A stretch of DNA of 64,000 nt from an uncultured Lachnospiraceae bacterium (GCA_910585965.1 CAJUHH010000014.1:10148-74147); one strand, 5' to 3'. Counted from the first letter of the stretch, positions 35,252 to 45,858 are shown. The notes: generated by a model from the sequence alone, not told the origin. Translations and numbers: made by a program.

Positions 35252-38215
35252 ATGAGGATAGAAGAAATTTTTCATATACTCGGGACTGCGCCTACGAAAG
35301 AGGAAGCGGTGATTAAGGACGCTTATCGGAAAAAGCTTTCTTCTGCAAACCCGGAAGATGACCAGGAAGGGTTTAAACGCCTGAGAAAGGCTTATGAAGA
35401 GGCTTGTATCTATGCCAGAAGCAAAGAAGGCGGGGAGGAAGAGGAGGATACGACGCCCTCCGGGTTATGGGCGCGGCAGGCCTTTTCCTTGTATGGGAAA
35501 CTTAGTTCCCGGTGTGATGAAGAGGCATGGAAACGTCTGTTCCAGGAGGAGGTTTTTGTTTCGCTGGAAGGTTTTGAGGAATGCCGGAAAAAACTGCTGG
35601 TTTTTTTGATGGGGCATTTTCAGTTTCCGCAGAAAATATGGCAGGTTTTTGATAAATATCTGAATATTTTTGAGGACAGGAACCGTCTGAAGGAAGAATT
35701 CCCGGAGGATTTCATACAGTTCGTGGTGCAAAGAAGCAAGGAGAAGGAAGCGGTTGATTATTCCCTCTTTCAGGGGCCGGACGACGGTGATTACGATTTG
35801 TTCCTGAACTGCTACCGGGAGGGGGCTGGAGCCTTGAACCGGCAGGAGTATGAAAGCGTGGAACAGGCGCTGGAACAGGCGGCGGCCACGGGGATAACCC
35901 ATCCTTATATGGAAATCCTGCGCGCCCTGGCTTATAAGGGCAGAGGGCACGATAAAGAAGCCGGGGAACTGCTGGAGGGGCTGCTGGAAAGATACCCGGA
36001 CAATGGAGCCGTTTTATTCCACGCATCCAATTATCTTTGGGAAAAAGAAAGGAAAGAAGAGGCCTTGAAATGCTGCCGAAGGCTGAAGGCGCTGGAACCG
36101 GGCAATTATATGGCGAACTACAGACTTGCCCTTTTTTATTATGAAAGGGAGGATTATCGGTCAGCCAAGGAATGCATGGGACAGATATCCGGCATTTATA
36201 CCGAAGAAATGCAGAAACTGTTGAAAGATATTCATGGGAAGCAGGAGCCGGAACTGCAAAAAAGATGGAAGGAAAACGGGGATTTGGATGCCGCTATGGA
36301 GCTGGCGGGCAATAATTACCAGGATGAGCGTTATTATGCGGCCGGAAAGGTGCTGGAAGCTGTCAGGGACGAGATGCCGGAGGAACGGAAAGAGAAGTAT
36401 CTGCTGCTTCTTGCCAAAACCTATTTGGGACAGGCGGAAAATGAGAAAGTGGTGGAAACGGTCAGCAGCTGGCAGGAACGAGAAGGAGAGAGAGGACGGG
36501 ATAACCAGTATACGGCCATACGGCTTAAAATATCAGCTTACCATATGATGGGGCGGGGATTTCCAGAATATTTCGGGAAAGCAGAGGAAGAGTATGAGAA
36601 GATCAAGTCCCAATCGAAGGACGATTCCGAACTTTTGATGGAAATGGCGCAGATTTTTTTGGAAAAGAAGGAATACCAGAAATGCATTGACCTGTCAGAA
36701 ATCCTTTTGGACAAATATCGCATATATTTTGCATGGGCATTTCTGCTAAAGGCTTATGCAGGGCTGTGGGACGGCGCAGGAGTGGTGCGCTGCGGCAGAA
36801 AGTGCATCGAATATTTCCCAGGTTACGCCTATCCTTATGAAGAGATGGCAAAAGTATATTATGATACCGGGTGCGGGGATGAGCTGAAGGCCCTGCTGGA
36901 ACTGGCAGAAAAAAATAAAATAGAAAGCTGTTATCTGAATTATTGCGCATATCACGGGGAAAAACCGCCGGAGAATTTTCCCATCGACCAAAAGCTGAGT
37001 GAATTTGATGATTCTTATTATGTAAAATTGTCGATGACAGGGGATTTGAAATATTACCAGGAAGGTTATCCGGTGATCAGCCGGTACTTGGAAATGTATC
37101 CTTGCAACCTTCTTTTGAACCGGAGAGGGCTTTTTTGCATGGCGGCGAAAGACGGCAAGACGGCAATGAAGGATTTTCAGAAGATACTGGAAAGGGATTT
37201 GGGCGATGCCTTTGCTTATAATAATATCGGATGCCTTTACAAATATGCCGGGAAATATGAAAAAGCGATGGTATATTTTAAAAAAGCGGTTTATTATATG
37301 TATAGGGAAGGACGTTCGGAACCGGTGGGAACCCACTATACCAATCTTGCCCATACTTATGAGCTGATGGGGGAGTACCGCCAGGCGGCAGAGACTTACC
37401 GGCGCCTTTATGATGAATTTCAGAAGAGCGAGACAGCCATACAAGGGCTGACGGTGAATTATGCCAGAACAGGAAAACTGAAAGAGGCGCGGAGCATTAT
37501 TGAAAACCTTTATGCTGATGATACCCATGGAAAGGAACTGCGGCTTTACCGAACCTATTTGTATGCCGGGGAATGGGCGCGTGCTTTCCAAAGAATATAC
37601 CGCTGGGATATGCTTGTCGGGTTTGGCCTATATCCGGGAGTATTGCCGGAATACCGATTGAAATATAAACATATCCTGGCCTGGAGGCTGTTGTTCAAAG
37701 GCCGTTGGGAGAAAAGCGTCAAAGCCCTCCGGCGGATATCGGAAAGCCCGGGAGGAAGCAGAAAAGACAGGATCGACAGGGTGCTGGACCGGATCTTTAT
37801 TCTTGCGATGAAGGAGAAAGAAAAAGGATCCGGGACGGAGATAGGAGAAAGCCTGGAGCAGCTAAGGAAAATATTGCTATGGGCGCAGGAGAATGGGGAA
37901 AAGAAGGAAAAAGAGGGGGGACTTATAGAAACGAGGGATTTTTTCTATAAGGAGCGCTATGTAAAATACATAGATTTTATCCTTGCCCTATATGAACATG
38001 GGGCAGAAAAAGGGGAAGAGGCATTGCTGGAAATGAAAAAAAGCCCGAGATGCCGTAAATGTAACCATAAATCCTGCATGCGTTTGAAAACAGCGGAAGC
38101 GTTGCTTCTGGAGCGGAAGGGAAAAATGCGGGAGGCATTTGCCGCCTGGCAGGATCTGGCAAAAGAGCAGCCTTATAACTTGTATGCCCGTATAAAGCTT
38201 ATATATAAAACGTAA
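35252..38215 (+). CDS. J-domain (DjlB/DjlC-like) + TPR repeat protein
   Basis: ILG..IKDAYRKKL..NPEDDQEGFKRLRKAYEEA N-terminal J-like domain (NPE instead of HPD), multiple TPRs (AYNNIGCLY..YEKAM.YF.KA), C-terminal CxxC...C. Confidence 0.85.
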   Translation: MRIEEIFHILGTAPTKEEAVIKDAYRKKLSSANPEDDQEGFKRLRKAYEEACIYARSKEGGEEEEDTTPSGLWARQAFSLYGKLSSRCDEEAWKRLFQEEVFVSLEGFEECRKKLLVFLMGHFQFPQKIWQVFDKYLNIFEDRNRLKEEFPEDFIQFVVQRSKEKEAVDYSLFQGPDDGDYDLFLNCYREGAGALNRQEYESVEQALEQAAATGITHPYMEILRALAYKGRGHDKEAGELLEGLLERYPDNGAVLFHASNYLWEKERKEEALKCCRRLKALEPGNYMANYRLALFYYEREDYRSAKECMGQISGIYTEEMQKLLKDIHGKQEPELQKRWKENGDLDAAMELAGNNYQDERYYAAGKVLEAVRDEMPEERKEKYLLLLAKTYLGQAENEKVVETVSSWQEREGERGRDNQYTAIRLKISAYHMMGRGFPEYFGKAEEEYEKIKSQSKDDSELLMEMAQIFLEKKEYQKCIDLSEILLDKYRIYFAWAFLLKAYAGLWDGAGVVRCGRKCIEYFPGYAYPYEEMAKVYYDTGCGDELKALLELAEKNKIESCYLNYCAYHGEKPPENFPIDQKLSEFDDSYYVKLSMTGDLKYYQEGYPVISRYLEMYPCNLLLNRRGLFCMAAKDGKTAMKDFQKILERDLGDAFAYNNIGCLYKYAGKYEKAMVYFKKAVYYMYREGRSEPVGTHYTNLAHTYELMGEYRQAAETYRRLYDEFQKSETAIQGLTVNYARTGKLKEARSIIENLYADDTHGKELRLYRTYLYAGEWARAFQRIYRWDMLVGFGLYPGVLPEYRLKYKHILAWRLLFKGRWEKSVKALRRISESPGGSRKDRIDRVLDRIFILAMKEKEKGSGTEIGESLEQLRKILLWAQENGEKKEKEGGLIETRDFFYKERYVKYIDFILALYEHGAEKGEEALLEMKKSPRCRKCNHKSCMRLKTAEALLLERKGKMREAFAAWQDLAKEQPYNLYARIKLIYKT

Positions 38216-38234
38216 GAAAGGAAATAGGAGAAAC

Positions 38235-39917
38235 ATGATAGTTGGTATTGACCTTGGGACCACCAATAGTTTAGTGGCATATTATTCGGAAGAGGGACCC
38301 AGAATCATTCCCAACCGGCTTGGGAAGAATTTGACTCCTTCGGTCGTCAGCGTGGACGAGGAGGGAAATGTATATGTGGGGGAAACCGCTTTGGAAAGGA
38401 TGAGCTTGTATCCTGACAGCGTGGCACTCGCCTTTAAAAGAAGCATGGGCAGCGGACGGGAATATACGTTGAGCGGGAAGAAATATAAGCCGGAGGAATT
38501 GTCGGGCATTGTCCTGCGGGCGTTAAAGGAAGATGCGGAGACTTATCTGGGGGAAGAAGTGACCGAAGCGGTCATCAGCGTTCCTGCCTATTTTGACGAC
38601 CAGAGGCGCAAGGCGACGAAGCGGGCCGGTGAACTGGCCGGGCTGAAAGTGGAACGGATGATTTCGGAGCCTACGGCGGCGGCCATCGCCTATGGCCTTT
38701 ATGAGAAAAAGGAAGATACCAGGTTTCTTGTTTTTGATTTGGGTGGGGGAACTTTCGACGTATCCATCCTGGAACTCTTTCATAATATCCTGGAGGTCAG
38801 GGCGGTAGCCGGGGACAATTATCTGGGAGGGGAAGATTTTACCAGGGTTCTGGAAAAACTATGTATGAATAAAATGGGAGTGACAGCGGATGTTTTGTCG
38901 GCCAAGGACGAAGTGCGTTTATACCGACATGCGGAAGCGGCTAAGAGGGAAATCAACGATAAGGAAGAAGTCACGGTGGAATGTCTGCTGCAGGAAGAAA
39001 TGAAGAGCGCGAAGGTGACGGCGAAGGAGTTCGAAACAGCCTGCGGGGATCTGCTGCAGAAGATCCGGCAGCCGGTGAAACGGAGCCTGTCCGATGCAGG
39101 GCTGTCCCTTTCGGACATCGATGAGGTAGTATTGATCGGAGGGGCGACCAGGCTGCAGATTTTCAGGGATTTCTTTATCCGCCTTTTCCGCAAGTTCCCG
39201 GATACGAGCATTCATCCCGACGAGGCGGTGGCTCTGGGGGCTGCCATACAAGCGGCGATGAAAGAGCGCCGGGAAGAAGTGAGGGAAATGATACTGACGG
39301 ACGTATGCTCTTTTACGCTTGGAACCGAAGTGGTGATGGAATATGGGGACGGCGTGGTGGAAAACGGGCATTACAGTCCGATTATCGAGCGGAACACGGT
39401 GATACCGACTAGCAAGACCAACCGCTTTTATACGGCCAGGGATAATCAGGATAAAGTGTGCATCCGTATCCTGCAGGGAGAAAGCCGGTTTGCCAGGAAT
39501 AATCTGTATCTGGGAGAGCTGGAGATCGATGTGCCGAAAGCGAAAAAGGGAGAAGAGGCCGTTGACGTAACCTATACTTATGATATTAACTCCCTGCTGG
39601 AAGTGGAAGTAAAGGTGATTTCTACGGGAGAAAAGAAAAAGCTGGTCATCAAAGGCGAACAGAATACGATGACGGAAGAAGAAATTGCCCGGAGAATGGA
39701 GGAGCTGTCCTATCTGAAAGTGCAGCTGCGCGACCAGGAGGAAAACAGGCTGGCGCTTTTGAAAGCGGAACGGATGTATGAGGAATCCCTGGGTGACAGG
39801 CGCAATGAGCTGGAATACGGCATCCGAAAGTTTGAGGAAGCCCTGCGCAAAGGAGAACGCGCCGAGGCGGATGAGGCCAGAAAAGAATTATATAAAATCA
39901 TGGAAGATGATTCATAA
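38235..39917 (+). CDS. hscC: Specialised Hsp70 (HscC-like)
   Basis: GIDLGTTNS, SVPAYF, EPTAAA, DLGGGTFDVS, PDEAVALGAA, IIERNT.IP.S; 560 aa with short lid; adjacent J-protein. Confidence 0.82.
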   Translation: MIVGIDLGTTNSLVAYYSEEGPRIIPNRLGKNLTPSVVSVDEEGNVYVGETALERMSLYPDSVALAFKRSMGSGREYTLSGKKYKPEELSGIVLRALKEDAETYLGEEVTEAVISVPAYFDDQRRKATKRAGELAGLKVERMISEPTAAAIAYGLYEKKEDTRFLVFDLGGGTFDVSILELFHNILEVRAVAGDNYLGGEDFTRVLEKLCMNKMGVTADVLSAKDEVRLYRHAEAAKREINDKEEVTVECLLQEEMKSAKVTAKEFETACGDLLQKIRQPVKRSLSDAGLSLSDIDEVVLIGGATRLQIFRDFFIRLFRKFPDTSIHPDEAVALGAAIQAAMKERREEVREMILTDVCSFTLGTEVVMEYGDGVVENGHYSPIIERNTVIPTSKTNRFYTARDNQDKVCIRILQGESRFARNNLYLGELEIDVPKAKKGEEAVDVTYTYDINSLLEVEVKVISTGEKKKLVIKGEQNTMTEEEIARRMEELSYLKVQLRDQEENRLALLKAERMYEESLGDRRNELEYGIRKFEEALRKGERAEADEARKELYKIMEDDS

Positions 39918-39975
39918 AAAATGATATCATGAATAATAAAACAGAGCGTATGCTTTACGATGAAGGAGGAAAGAA

Positions 39976-41310
39976 ATGGGCAATCGATTGGTGTGGCAGG
40001 ACAGATATAATATAGGCGTAAGCTTTATTGATGAAGAACATAAAAAGCTTTTCAGCATTTTAAACCGGTTATTTGAACATAAGAAGAACGAGGAGAAAAG
40101 CCGGTGGGTCTGCGAGGAAGGCATCAAATACTTTAAAGGCCATGCGATGAAGCATTTTGCGGAGGAAGAAGCTTATATGGCCCATATTCATTATATGGGA
40201 TTTGATGTACACAGGCGGCTGCACGATGATTTCCGAAAAAAAACGCTGACGGCCCTGGAAAGGGAACTGGAGCAGAGCAACTATTCCGAGGATGCTGTCA
40301 ATCATTTCCTGGGTGTCTGCGCCGGCTGGCTGGTGGGGCATACACTGACGGAAGACCGGGCGATTACGGGAAAAACAATGAGCAAATGGGGGGAGCTTCT
40401 GCCGGAAGAGGAACAGACGGCCATGGGGCAGACCATTATCCAGCTGCTTCATGATATGTTTATGCTGGATGCCAAGGTAGTCAGCGAGTGCTACGGCGGG
40501 GAGAAGTTCGGGACAGGTATTTATTATCGGTTGGTTTACAGCACAAAACATGGAAAAAAGTGGGAAATTTTGCTGGTTTTTGAGCAAAAACTAATTGTAA
40601 ATACAGTGGGGCATATGATGGATTCCGATACCGATACGGTCAATGTGATGTTAATGAACGCGGTACGCCATATGGCCCAGCAGTTTGTAAATCGTGTCAG
40701 CGAGCGTTTTCCCTCGGCAGATATGTATGAAATAAAAGAAGAAAATCTGTTGTCTTATGAACAGTTTGAGAGAAAATTCCAGGATCAGACACCCCAGTTC
40801 AGCCTGTTGTTTGATACTGGCGCCGGATATTTTGCGTATTGCGTGATCGCCCCCCATTTGCTCCAAGACGGCAACGGGGTTTCCATCAAGGCGGATAATG
40901 CGATGACTGAGATTAAAAAATATCTGGATAAGAATAAAAAATCCACAAAAAAGAAAATACTGATAGTAGACGATTCGGATGTTATGCTGCATGCAATGAA
41001 AGGGCTGCTGGAAAAAGATTACGAAGTGGCGCTGGCGAAATCCGGGTTATCTGCGATTCGGTCTATTACCCTGGACAGACCCGATCTGGTTCTGCTGGAT
41101 TATGAAATGCCGGTCTGCAACGGAAGCCAGGTGCTGGAAATGATCCGTGCGGAGGAAGACTTTGCGGATATTCCCGTGGTATTCCTGACTGGAAGGGGAG
41201 ATAAAGAGAGCGTGAAGAAGGTGATCGCGCTAAAGCCCCAGGGCTATCTGGTAAAGAATATGGCACCCGGGGATATTAAAAAAAGCATCGACCAGTTTAT
41301 GAAGGATTAA
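39976..41310 (+). CDS. Bacteriohemerythrin-response regulator receiver fusion protein
   Basis: YNIGV..IDEEH, HFAEEE, HRRLH, WLVGHTLTED hemerythrin ligands; C-terminal ILIVDD..LLDYEMP..LTG..K receiver. Confidence 0.9.
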   Translation: MGNRLVWQDRYNIGVSFIDEEHKKLFSILNRLFEHKKNEEKSRWVCEEGIKYFKGHAMKHFAEEEAYMAHIHYMGFDVHRRLHDDFRKKTLTALERELEQSNYSEDAVNHFLGVCAGWLVGHTLTEDRAITGKTMSKWGELLPEEEQTAMGQTIIQLLHDMFMLDAKVVSECYGGEKFGTGIYYRLVYSTKHGKKWEILLVFEQKLIVNTVGHMMDSDTDTVNVMLMNAVRHMAQQFVNRVSERFPSADMYEIKEENLLSYEQFERKFQDQTPQFSLLFDTGAGYFAYCVIAPHLLQDGNGVSIKADNAMTEIKKYLDKNKKSTKKKILIVDDSDVMLHAMKGLLEKDYEVALAKSGLSAIRSITLDRPDLVLLDYEMPVCNGSQVLEMIRAEEDFADIPVVFLTGRGDKESVKKVIALKPQGYLVKNMAPGDIKKSIDQFMKD

Positions 41311-41314
41311 AGAA

Positions 41315-41950
41315 ATGCAGCTGATACAAATATTATGGGACAGGAGGGATTTTTTCCTGACCTGTCTGCTGGAGCATATTCGAATATCGCTGACGGCGGT
41401 CGTCTGCGCCGGGGCGCTGGGGATAGTGACCGGGGTTTTTATCAGCAGACATAAAAAGGCGGCCGGGATTGCGCTGGGAGTGATCAATGTGATTTATACA
41501 GTGCCGTCCATTTCCCTTTTGGGGTTTTTGATTCCCTTTACCGGGATCGGGGACAAGACGGCGGTGATCGCTCTTACCGTTTACGGGCTGCTTCCCATCG
41601 TCAGAAATACGTATACGGGCCTGGTCAATGTGGATGCCGGCATTCTGGAAGTGGCGGAAGGGCTCGGAGCGGATGGAAAGCAGGTTTTGTTCGGCATTCG
41701 GTTTCCGCTGGCGCTTCCGGTCATTATAAGCGGGTTCCGCAACATGGTAGTCATGATTATCGCCATGGGGGGCATTGCCTCCTTCATAGGAGCGGGCGGC
41801 CTCGGAGCCGCTATTTACAGAGGAATTACCACTTACAACATGACGCTGACGGCGGCGGGTTCCTTGCTGATCGCGCTGCTCGCCCTTCTGAGCGACTGGC
41901 TGCTTTCCAGGGTCGAAAAGGCGGTAAACAGGAGGTACGGCATTGGATAA
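41315..41950 (+). CDS. Osmoprotectant (glycine betaine/choline) ABC permease
   Basis: YTVPSISL, LLPIVRNTYTG, IGAGGLG. Confidence 0.9.
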   Translation: MQLIQILWDRRDFFLTCLLEHIRISLTAVVCAGALGIVTGVFISRHKKAAGIALGVINVIYTVPSISLLGFLIPFTGIGDKTAVIALTVYGLLPIVRNTYTGLVNVDAGILEVAEGLGADGKQVLFGIRFPLALPVIISGFRNMVVMIIAMGGIASFIGAGGLGAAIYRGITTYNMTLTAAGSLLIALLALLSDWLLSRVEKAVNRRYGIG

Positions 41951-42668
41951 GGCGATTGAAATACGGGATTGTTCGGCGGCTTATGGAGAAAATAAGGTGC
42001 TGGACCGCGTATCCCTTATGGTAGAAAAGGGGGAATTTGTCGTTATTATAGGCCCTTCCGGCTGCGGAAAGACGACGCTGTTAAAGATGATGAACGGCTT
42101 AGTGATTCCGATGGAGGGAGAAGTGGCGGTGAATGGGGAGCGGCTGGAAGAATGCAGTTTATCGGCCATGCGAAGACATATCGGCTATGCGGTGCAAGGG
42201 GCAGGCCTGTTCCCCCATATGACGGTGGAAGAAAACATTTGTTATGTGCCGGGGCTGGAAAACAAACTGCCGCAGGAAGAAAAGAGGATGCTGGCGGAGA
42301 AGATGCTGGAATTGGTCCAGCTCCCTAAGGAATTGAGGAAACGGTTTCCAAGACAGCTGTCCGGGGGCCAGAAGCAGAGGGTGGGAATCGCAAGAGCTTT
42401 GGCGGCGGCCCCGGACATACTGCTGATGGACGAGCCTTTCGGCGCGGTGGATGAAATTACGCGGAAAGGACTACAGGAAGAACTGTTGGCCTTACAGCGA
42501 AAAACGGGGATCACGGTTGTATTCATTACCCATGATATCGGAGAAGCCTTTCATCTGGGAAGCCGAGTTTTCATTATGAAGGATGGAAAAATCTGGCAGG
42601 AGGGAAAGCCGGAGGAGCTGCAAAGGGCTCCCAAGGATGAATTTGTCAGAAGGCTGATCGGCAGATAG
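41943..42668 (+). CDS. Osmoprotectant ABC transporter ATPase
   Basis: GPSGCGKTT, LSGGQKQR, LMDEPFGA, ITHD. Confidence 0.92.
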   Translation: MDKAIEIRDCSAAYGENKVLDRVSLMVEKGEFVVIIGPSGCGKTTLLKMMNGLVIPMEGEVAVNGERLEECSLSAMRRHIGYAVQGAGLFPHMTVEENICYVPGLENKLPQEEKRMLAEKMLELVQLPKELRKRFPRQLSGGQKQRVGIARALAAAPDILLMDEPFGAVDEITRKGLQEELLALQRKTGITVVFITHDIGEAFHLGSRVFIMKDGKIWQEGKPEELQRAPKDEFVRRLIGR

Positions 42669-42726
42669 AAATGTGAAACTTCACACAGGGATTGTGGAAG
42701 ATTGGAAAGAGGAAGGACGAAAAAGG

Positions 42727-43650
42727 ATGAAAATACTTTTCAGCAAAACAAAAAGCAAAAACATAAAAAAAGGAATCTTATGCCTGTTCGCAACGGCGCT
42801 TCTTCTGGGCATATGCGGCTGCGGGAAAAAAGAAGCGATAAAAATCGCCTCCAAGCCCATGACGGAGCAGTATATCCTGACGGAGATTATCGCGCAGATG
42901 ATCGAAGCGGAAACGGATTACGAGGTGGAAATCACGAAGGGAGTCGGCGGCGGCACTACGAATATCCATCCGGCGCTTGTCAAAGGAGAGTTCGACCTTT
43001 ACCCGGAGTATACGAGAACTGCCTGGCTGAATGTGCTGAAAAAGGAAGAAATGGAAAAGGACGATGACAAGCTGTATGAACAGCTGCTGAAGGAATATGA
43101 TGAAATGGGTCTGACCTGGACCGGGCTGTACGGATTTTCCAATACTTACGGGCTGGCGGTCAGACAGGAAACGGCGGAAAAGTACGGCCTGTCCACGTAT
43201 TCGGATCTGGCGGCGGCTTCGGGGGAACTCATTTTCGGGGGAAATCCTGATTATATCGAGCTGGAGACAGGATATCCCAGGCTTTGCAGTGCATATGGCA
43301 TGGCATTTAAGGACACGAACCAGATGGAGATCGCTTTAAAATACGAGGCATTGAAAAACGGCGAAGTGGATGTGGTCAATGCTTTTACGACAGATGCGCA
43401 GCTGGCGGCCAACCAGCTTGTGCTTCTGACGGATGACCAAGTCTTTTTTGAAACCTTTGACGCGGGCACGGTGGTCAGGAAGGACGCGCTGAAGGATTAT
43501 CCTGAACTGAAGGGGATATTGGAAAAACTGAATGGAATGATCTCGGCAGAGGAGATGCAGCAAATGAACTATAAAGTGGAAGTGGAGGGGAAAGAAGATA
43601 AAGAGGTGGCCAGGGAGTTCCTGGAAGAGAAAGGGCTGCTGGGCAATTAG
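42727..43650 (+). CDS. Osmoprotectant ABC substrate-binding lipoprotein (OpuCC-like)
   Basis: Lipobox ICGC, SKPMTEQYIL, DLYPEYT, GFSNTY, AFTTD. Confidence 0.9.
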   Translation: MKILFSKTKSKNIKKGILCLFATALLLGICGCGKKEAIKIASKPMTEQYILTEIIAQMIEAETDYEVEITKGVGGGTTNIHPALVKGEFDLYPEYTRTAWLNVLKKEEMEKDDDKLYEQLLKEYDEMGLTWTGLYGFSNTYGLAVRQETAEKYGLSTYSDLAAASGELIFGGNPDYIELETGYPRLCSAYGMAFKDTNQMEIALKYEALKNGEVDVVNAFTTDAQLAANQLVLLTDDQVFFETFDAGTVVRKDALKDYPELKGILEKLNGMISAEEMQQMNYKVEVEGKEDKEVAREFLEEKGLLGN

Positions 43651-43660
43651 AAAAAGAAAC

Positions 43661-43717
43661 ATGGAATCGGTGTTGGGGAACATAGGAAAAAGTTCCCGGA
43701 TGCCGGTTCCATTTTTT
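43661..43717 (+). terminator. Probable terminator hairpin
   Basis: atggaatcggtgtt..gggaac / gttccc..gatgccggttccat followed by T-tract. Confidence 0.55.
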
Positions 43718-43839
43718 GTGCTTTCGGGCAAAAGAATAAAATACAAAATTGACGTATTTTTAGCCAAAATTGGCAAGGGAAAAAGAAAATATATGTGATA
43801 CAATGAAAAAAGACTGAGAGGGCAGAAGGAAGGGTGTTT

Positions 43840-44538
43840 ATGAGAATAGCAGTCTGTGACGATTGTATGGAAGATGCTTTGCTGCTGAAAGGCTTTTTAG
43901 GAGGACATGAGGCAAGAGTATATTCCGATACGGATCGTCTTCTTGCAGACATAGAAAATAAAAAGATTCGATATGACTTGTATCTGCTGGATATTTATAT
44001 GGAAGGCCCGGTAAACGGGATTGAGCTTGCAAAGAAAATATATGCGCAACAGGAAGAGGCAGTCATTTGCTTTATCTCCACAAGCAATGATTTTTACAGG
44101 GAAGCCTATGATCTTTATGCGATCCAGTATTTGTTAAAGCCTGTGCGGGAGGAAGCGGTGAAACGGCTTCTTGACAAAGTATCCAGGAGCCATGCCAGGA
44201 ACAGGGAAAGGAAGCTGACTTTTCAGTCCCGGGGACAGACGGGAAGCATTTCTTATGGAAAAATATTGTATATCAGCAGCAGGGAGCATACGCTTTCTAT
44301 TTCTTGTACGGACGGGACGGTGCAGGAATGCAAGGGGAGGCTCAACGAATTGGCGATGCAGATAGACGGGGATGTATTTATGCGCTGCCATCAAAGCTTT
44401 CTCGTCAACATGTACCATGTGGACAGCATGAGCGGCTCCGACCTGATCGTTGCCGGACAGCGGATACCGGTGTCCAGGCGGTATTATGCCGAAGTGAAAA
44501 GGAGATACCAGGAAATATTGTTTGAGGAGGTGGACTGA
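43840..44538 (+). CDS. LytTR-family response regulator
   Basis: IAVCDD, LLDIYM, YLLKP, FMRCHQSFLVN, IPVSRR. Confidence 0.93.
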   Translation: MRIAVCDDCMEDALLLKGFLGGHEARVYSDTDRLLADIENKKIRYDLYLLDIYMEGPVNGIELAKKIYAQQEEAVICFISTSNDFYREAYDLYAIQYLLKPVREEAVKRLLDKVSRSHARNRERKLTFQSRGQTGSISYGKILYISSREHTLSISCTDGTVQECKGRLNELAMQIDGDVFMRCHQSFLVNMYHVDSMSGSDLIVAGQRIPVSRRYYAEVKRRYQEILFEEVD

Positions 44539-44542
44539 TCAG

Positions 44543-45841
44543 ATGACAATGTTTAGAGATTTATCCGTGCTGTGGTCTCTGTTTCATATACTCATCTTAT
44601 TTATGACCTTATATCGTTCCCGCTATTCCCAGAAGAAAACGTTTCTTCTCACGGGCATCGTTATGGGGATGCTGATCTTTTTGAATGTGGGAGGGCTGGC
44701 GCTTTATGGAACGGAGGTTATGGGAAAGGTTTACATATTGACCTGCACCATCCCGAGCCTTCTGTTTTTCTGGTTCATTTCCAAAGACCGAAACGGAAGA
44801 TTCTTTTTTACGTTCTGCACGGTGGATACCGTTGCCCTGTGGATCATAACAGTGACCAATATAGCTGATTTTTATTTTGGAGGAGAACGGTATATCTTGA
44901 TGCTGGCCGGCAGGCTGGTATTGTTCCCATTGGTGGAATGGGTGGCGATCCGTTATATCAGAAAAGCCTATATAGAGCTTCAGGAATCGGTGCCGAATGG
45001 ATGGGGCATATTCGCGTGCATGACGGCCTTCTACTATGTCTTGCTTGCCATCATGGGGAATTTTCCTGTGATTATTACTGCAAGGCCGCAGGAACTTCCG
45101 GCTTTTCTTCTGATACTCGTATTAATGCCTATGACTTATGCCACGATCTTTACGTCTCTTTACAGGCAGCTTCTGCTCTATCGGAAACAGCAGGCCGAGC
45201 GCGTTCTGCAGGAACAGAAGAATACGCTGGAGGCGCAGCTTTCCAGCCAGCAGCAGATACGGAAAATGAAGCATGATATGAAGGGGTATATCGCCACGCT
45301 GTCAGGGCTGCTTGCTTCTGAAAAAATAAAAGAAGCGCAGGAATATCTGAAAGGCGTGGAACTGGAAGCAGGAGTCCTATTGGGACAGTTTTGTACCAAT
45401 CCGTATTTGAATGCAGTGCTTGTCCATTATTCCCAAAAATTTCAGGAATTGGATGCGGACTGTAGGGTGGATATACAGGTCGGGGAAGAAGAACTGCCAT
45501 ATATGGAATTGTGCCAGATCCTGTCAAACGGCTTGGAAAATGCCTGCGATGCGGCCAGAGAGCTTGCGGAGGAGGAGAGGGAAGTATCCGTGCAAATGAA
45601 ATACAGCAAGGATTATCTTCTGATACGGATCAGGAACCGGTGCGGGGACAGCCTGCATGTGGAGAAAGGGGCGATGCCCGTTACGAAAAAGAAAGGGCAC
45701 GACCATGGTTTCGGGCTTATGACGGTGCAGGAGGCGGCGGAGCGGCTTGACGGGGAGATGTTCTGCTATACGGAGAACGGGAATTTCGTGCTGGATGTCA
45801 TGCTGCCGCGTCATTCCTTTCGGAAGGGGTTGGCAACATAA
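44543..45841 (+). CDS. Membrane GHKL sensor histidine kinase (AgrC/VirS-like)
   Basis: Multi-TM N-terminus, KHDMK H-box, NGLENA N-box, HGFGL G-box. Confidence 0.9.
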   Translation: MTMFRDLSVLWSLFHILILFMTLYRSRYSQKKTFLLTGIVMGMLIFLNVGGLALYGTEVMGKVYILTCTIPSLLFFWFISKDRNGRFFFTFCTVDTVALWIITVTNIADFYFGGERYILMLAGRLVLFPLVEWVAIRYIRKAYIELQESVPNGWGIFACMTAFYYVLLAIMGNFPVIITARPQELPAFLLILVLMPMTYATIFTSLYRQLLLYRKQQAERVLQEQKNTLEAQLSSQQQIRKMKHDMKGYIATLSGLLASEKIKEAQEYLKGVELEAGVLLGQFCTNPYLNAVLVHYSQKFQELDADCRVDIQVGEEELPYMELCQILSNGLENACDAARELAEEEREVSVQMKYSKDYLLIRIRNRCGDSLHVEKGAMPVTKKKGHDHGFGLMTVQEAAERLDGEMFCYTENGNFVLDVMLPRHSFRKGLAT

Positions 45842-45858
45842 GGAATGGAGGAAAAATA

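Noticed and set aside
38235..39917. Housekeeping dnaK
   Set aside because: Too short, lacks hrcA-grpE-dnaJ context, and has HscC-type features and partner.
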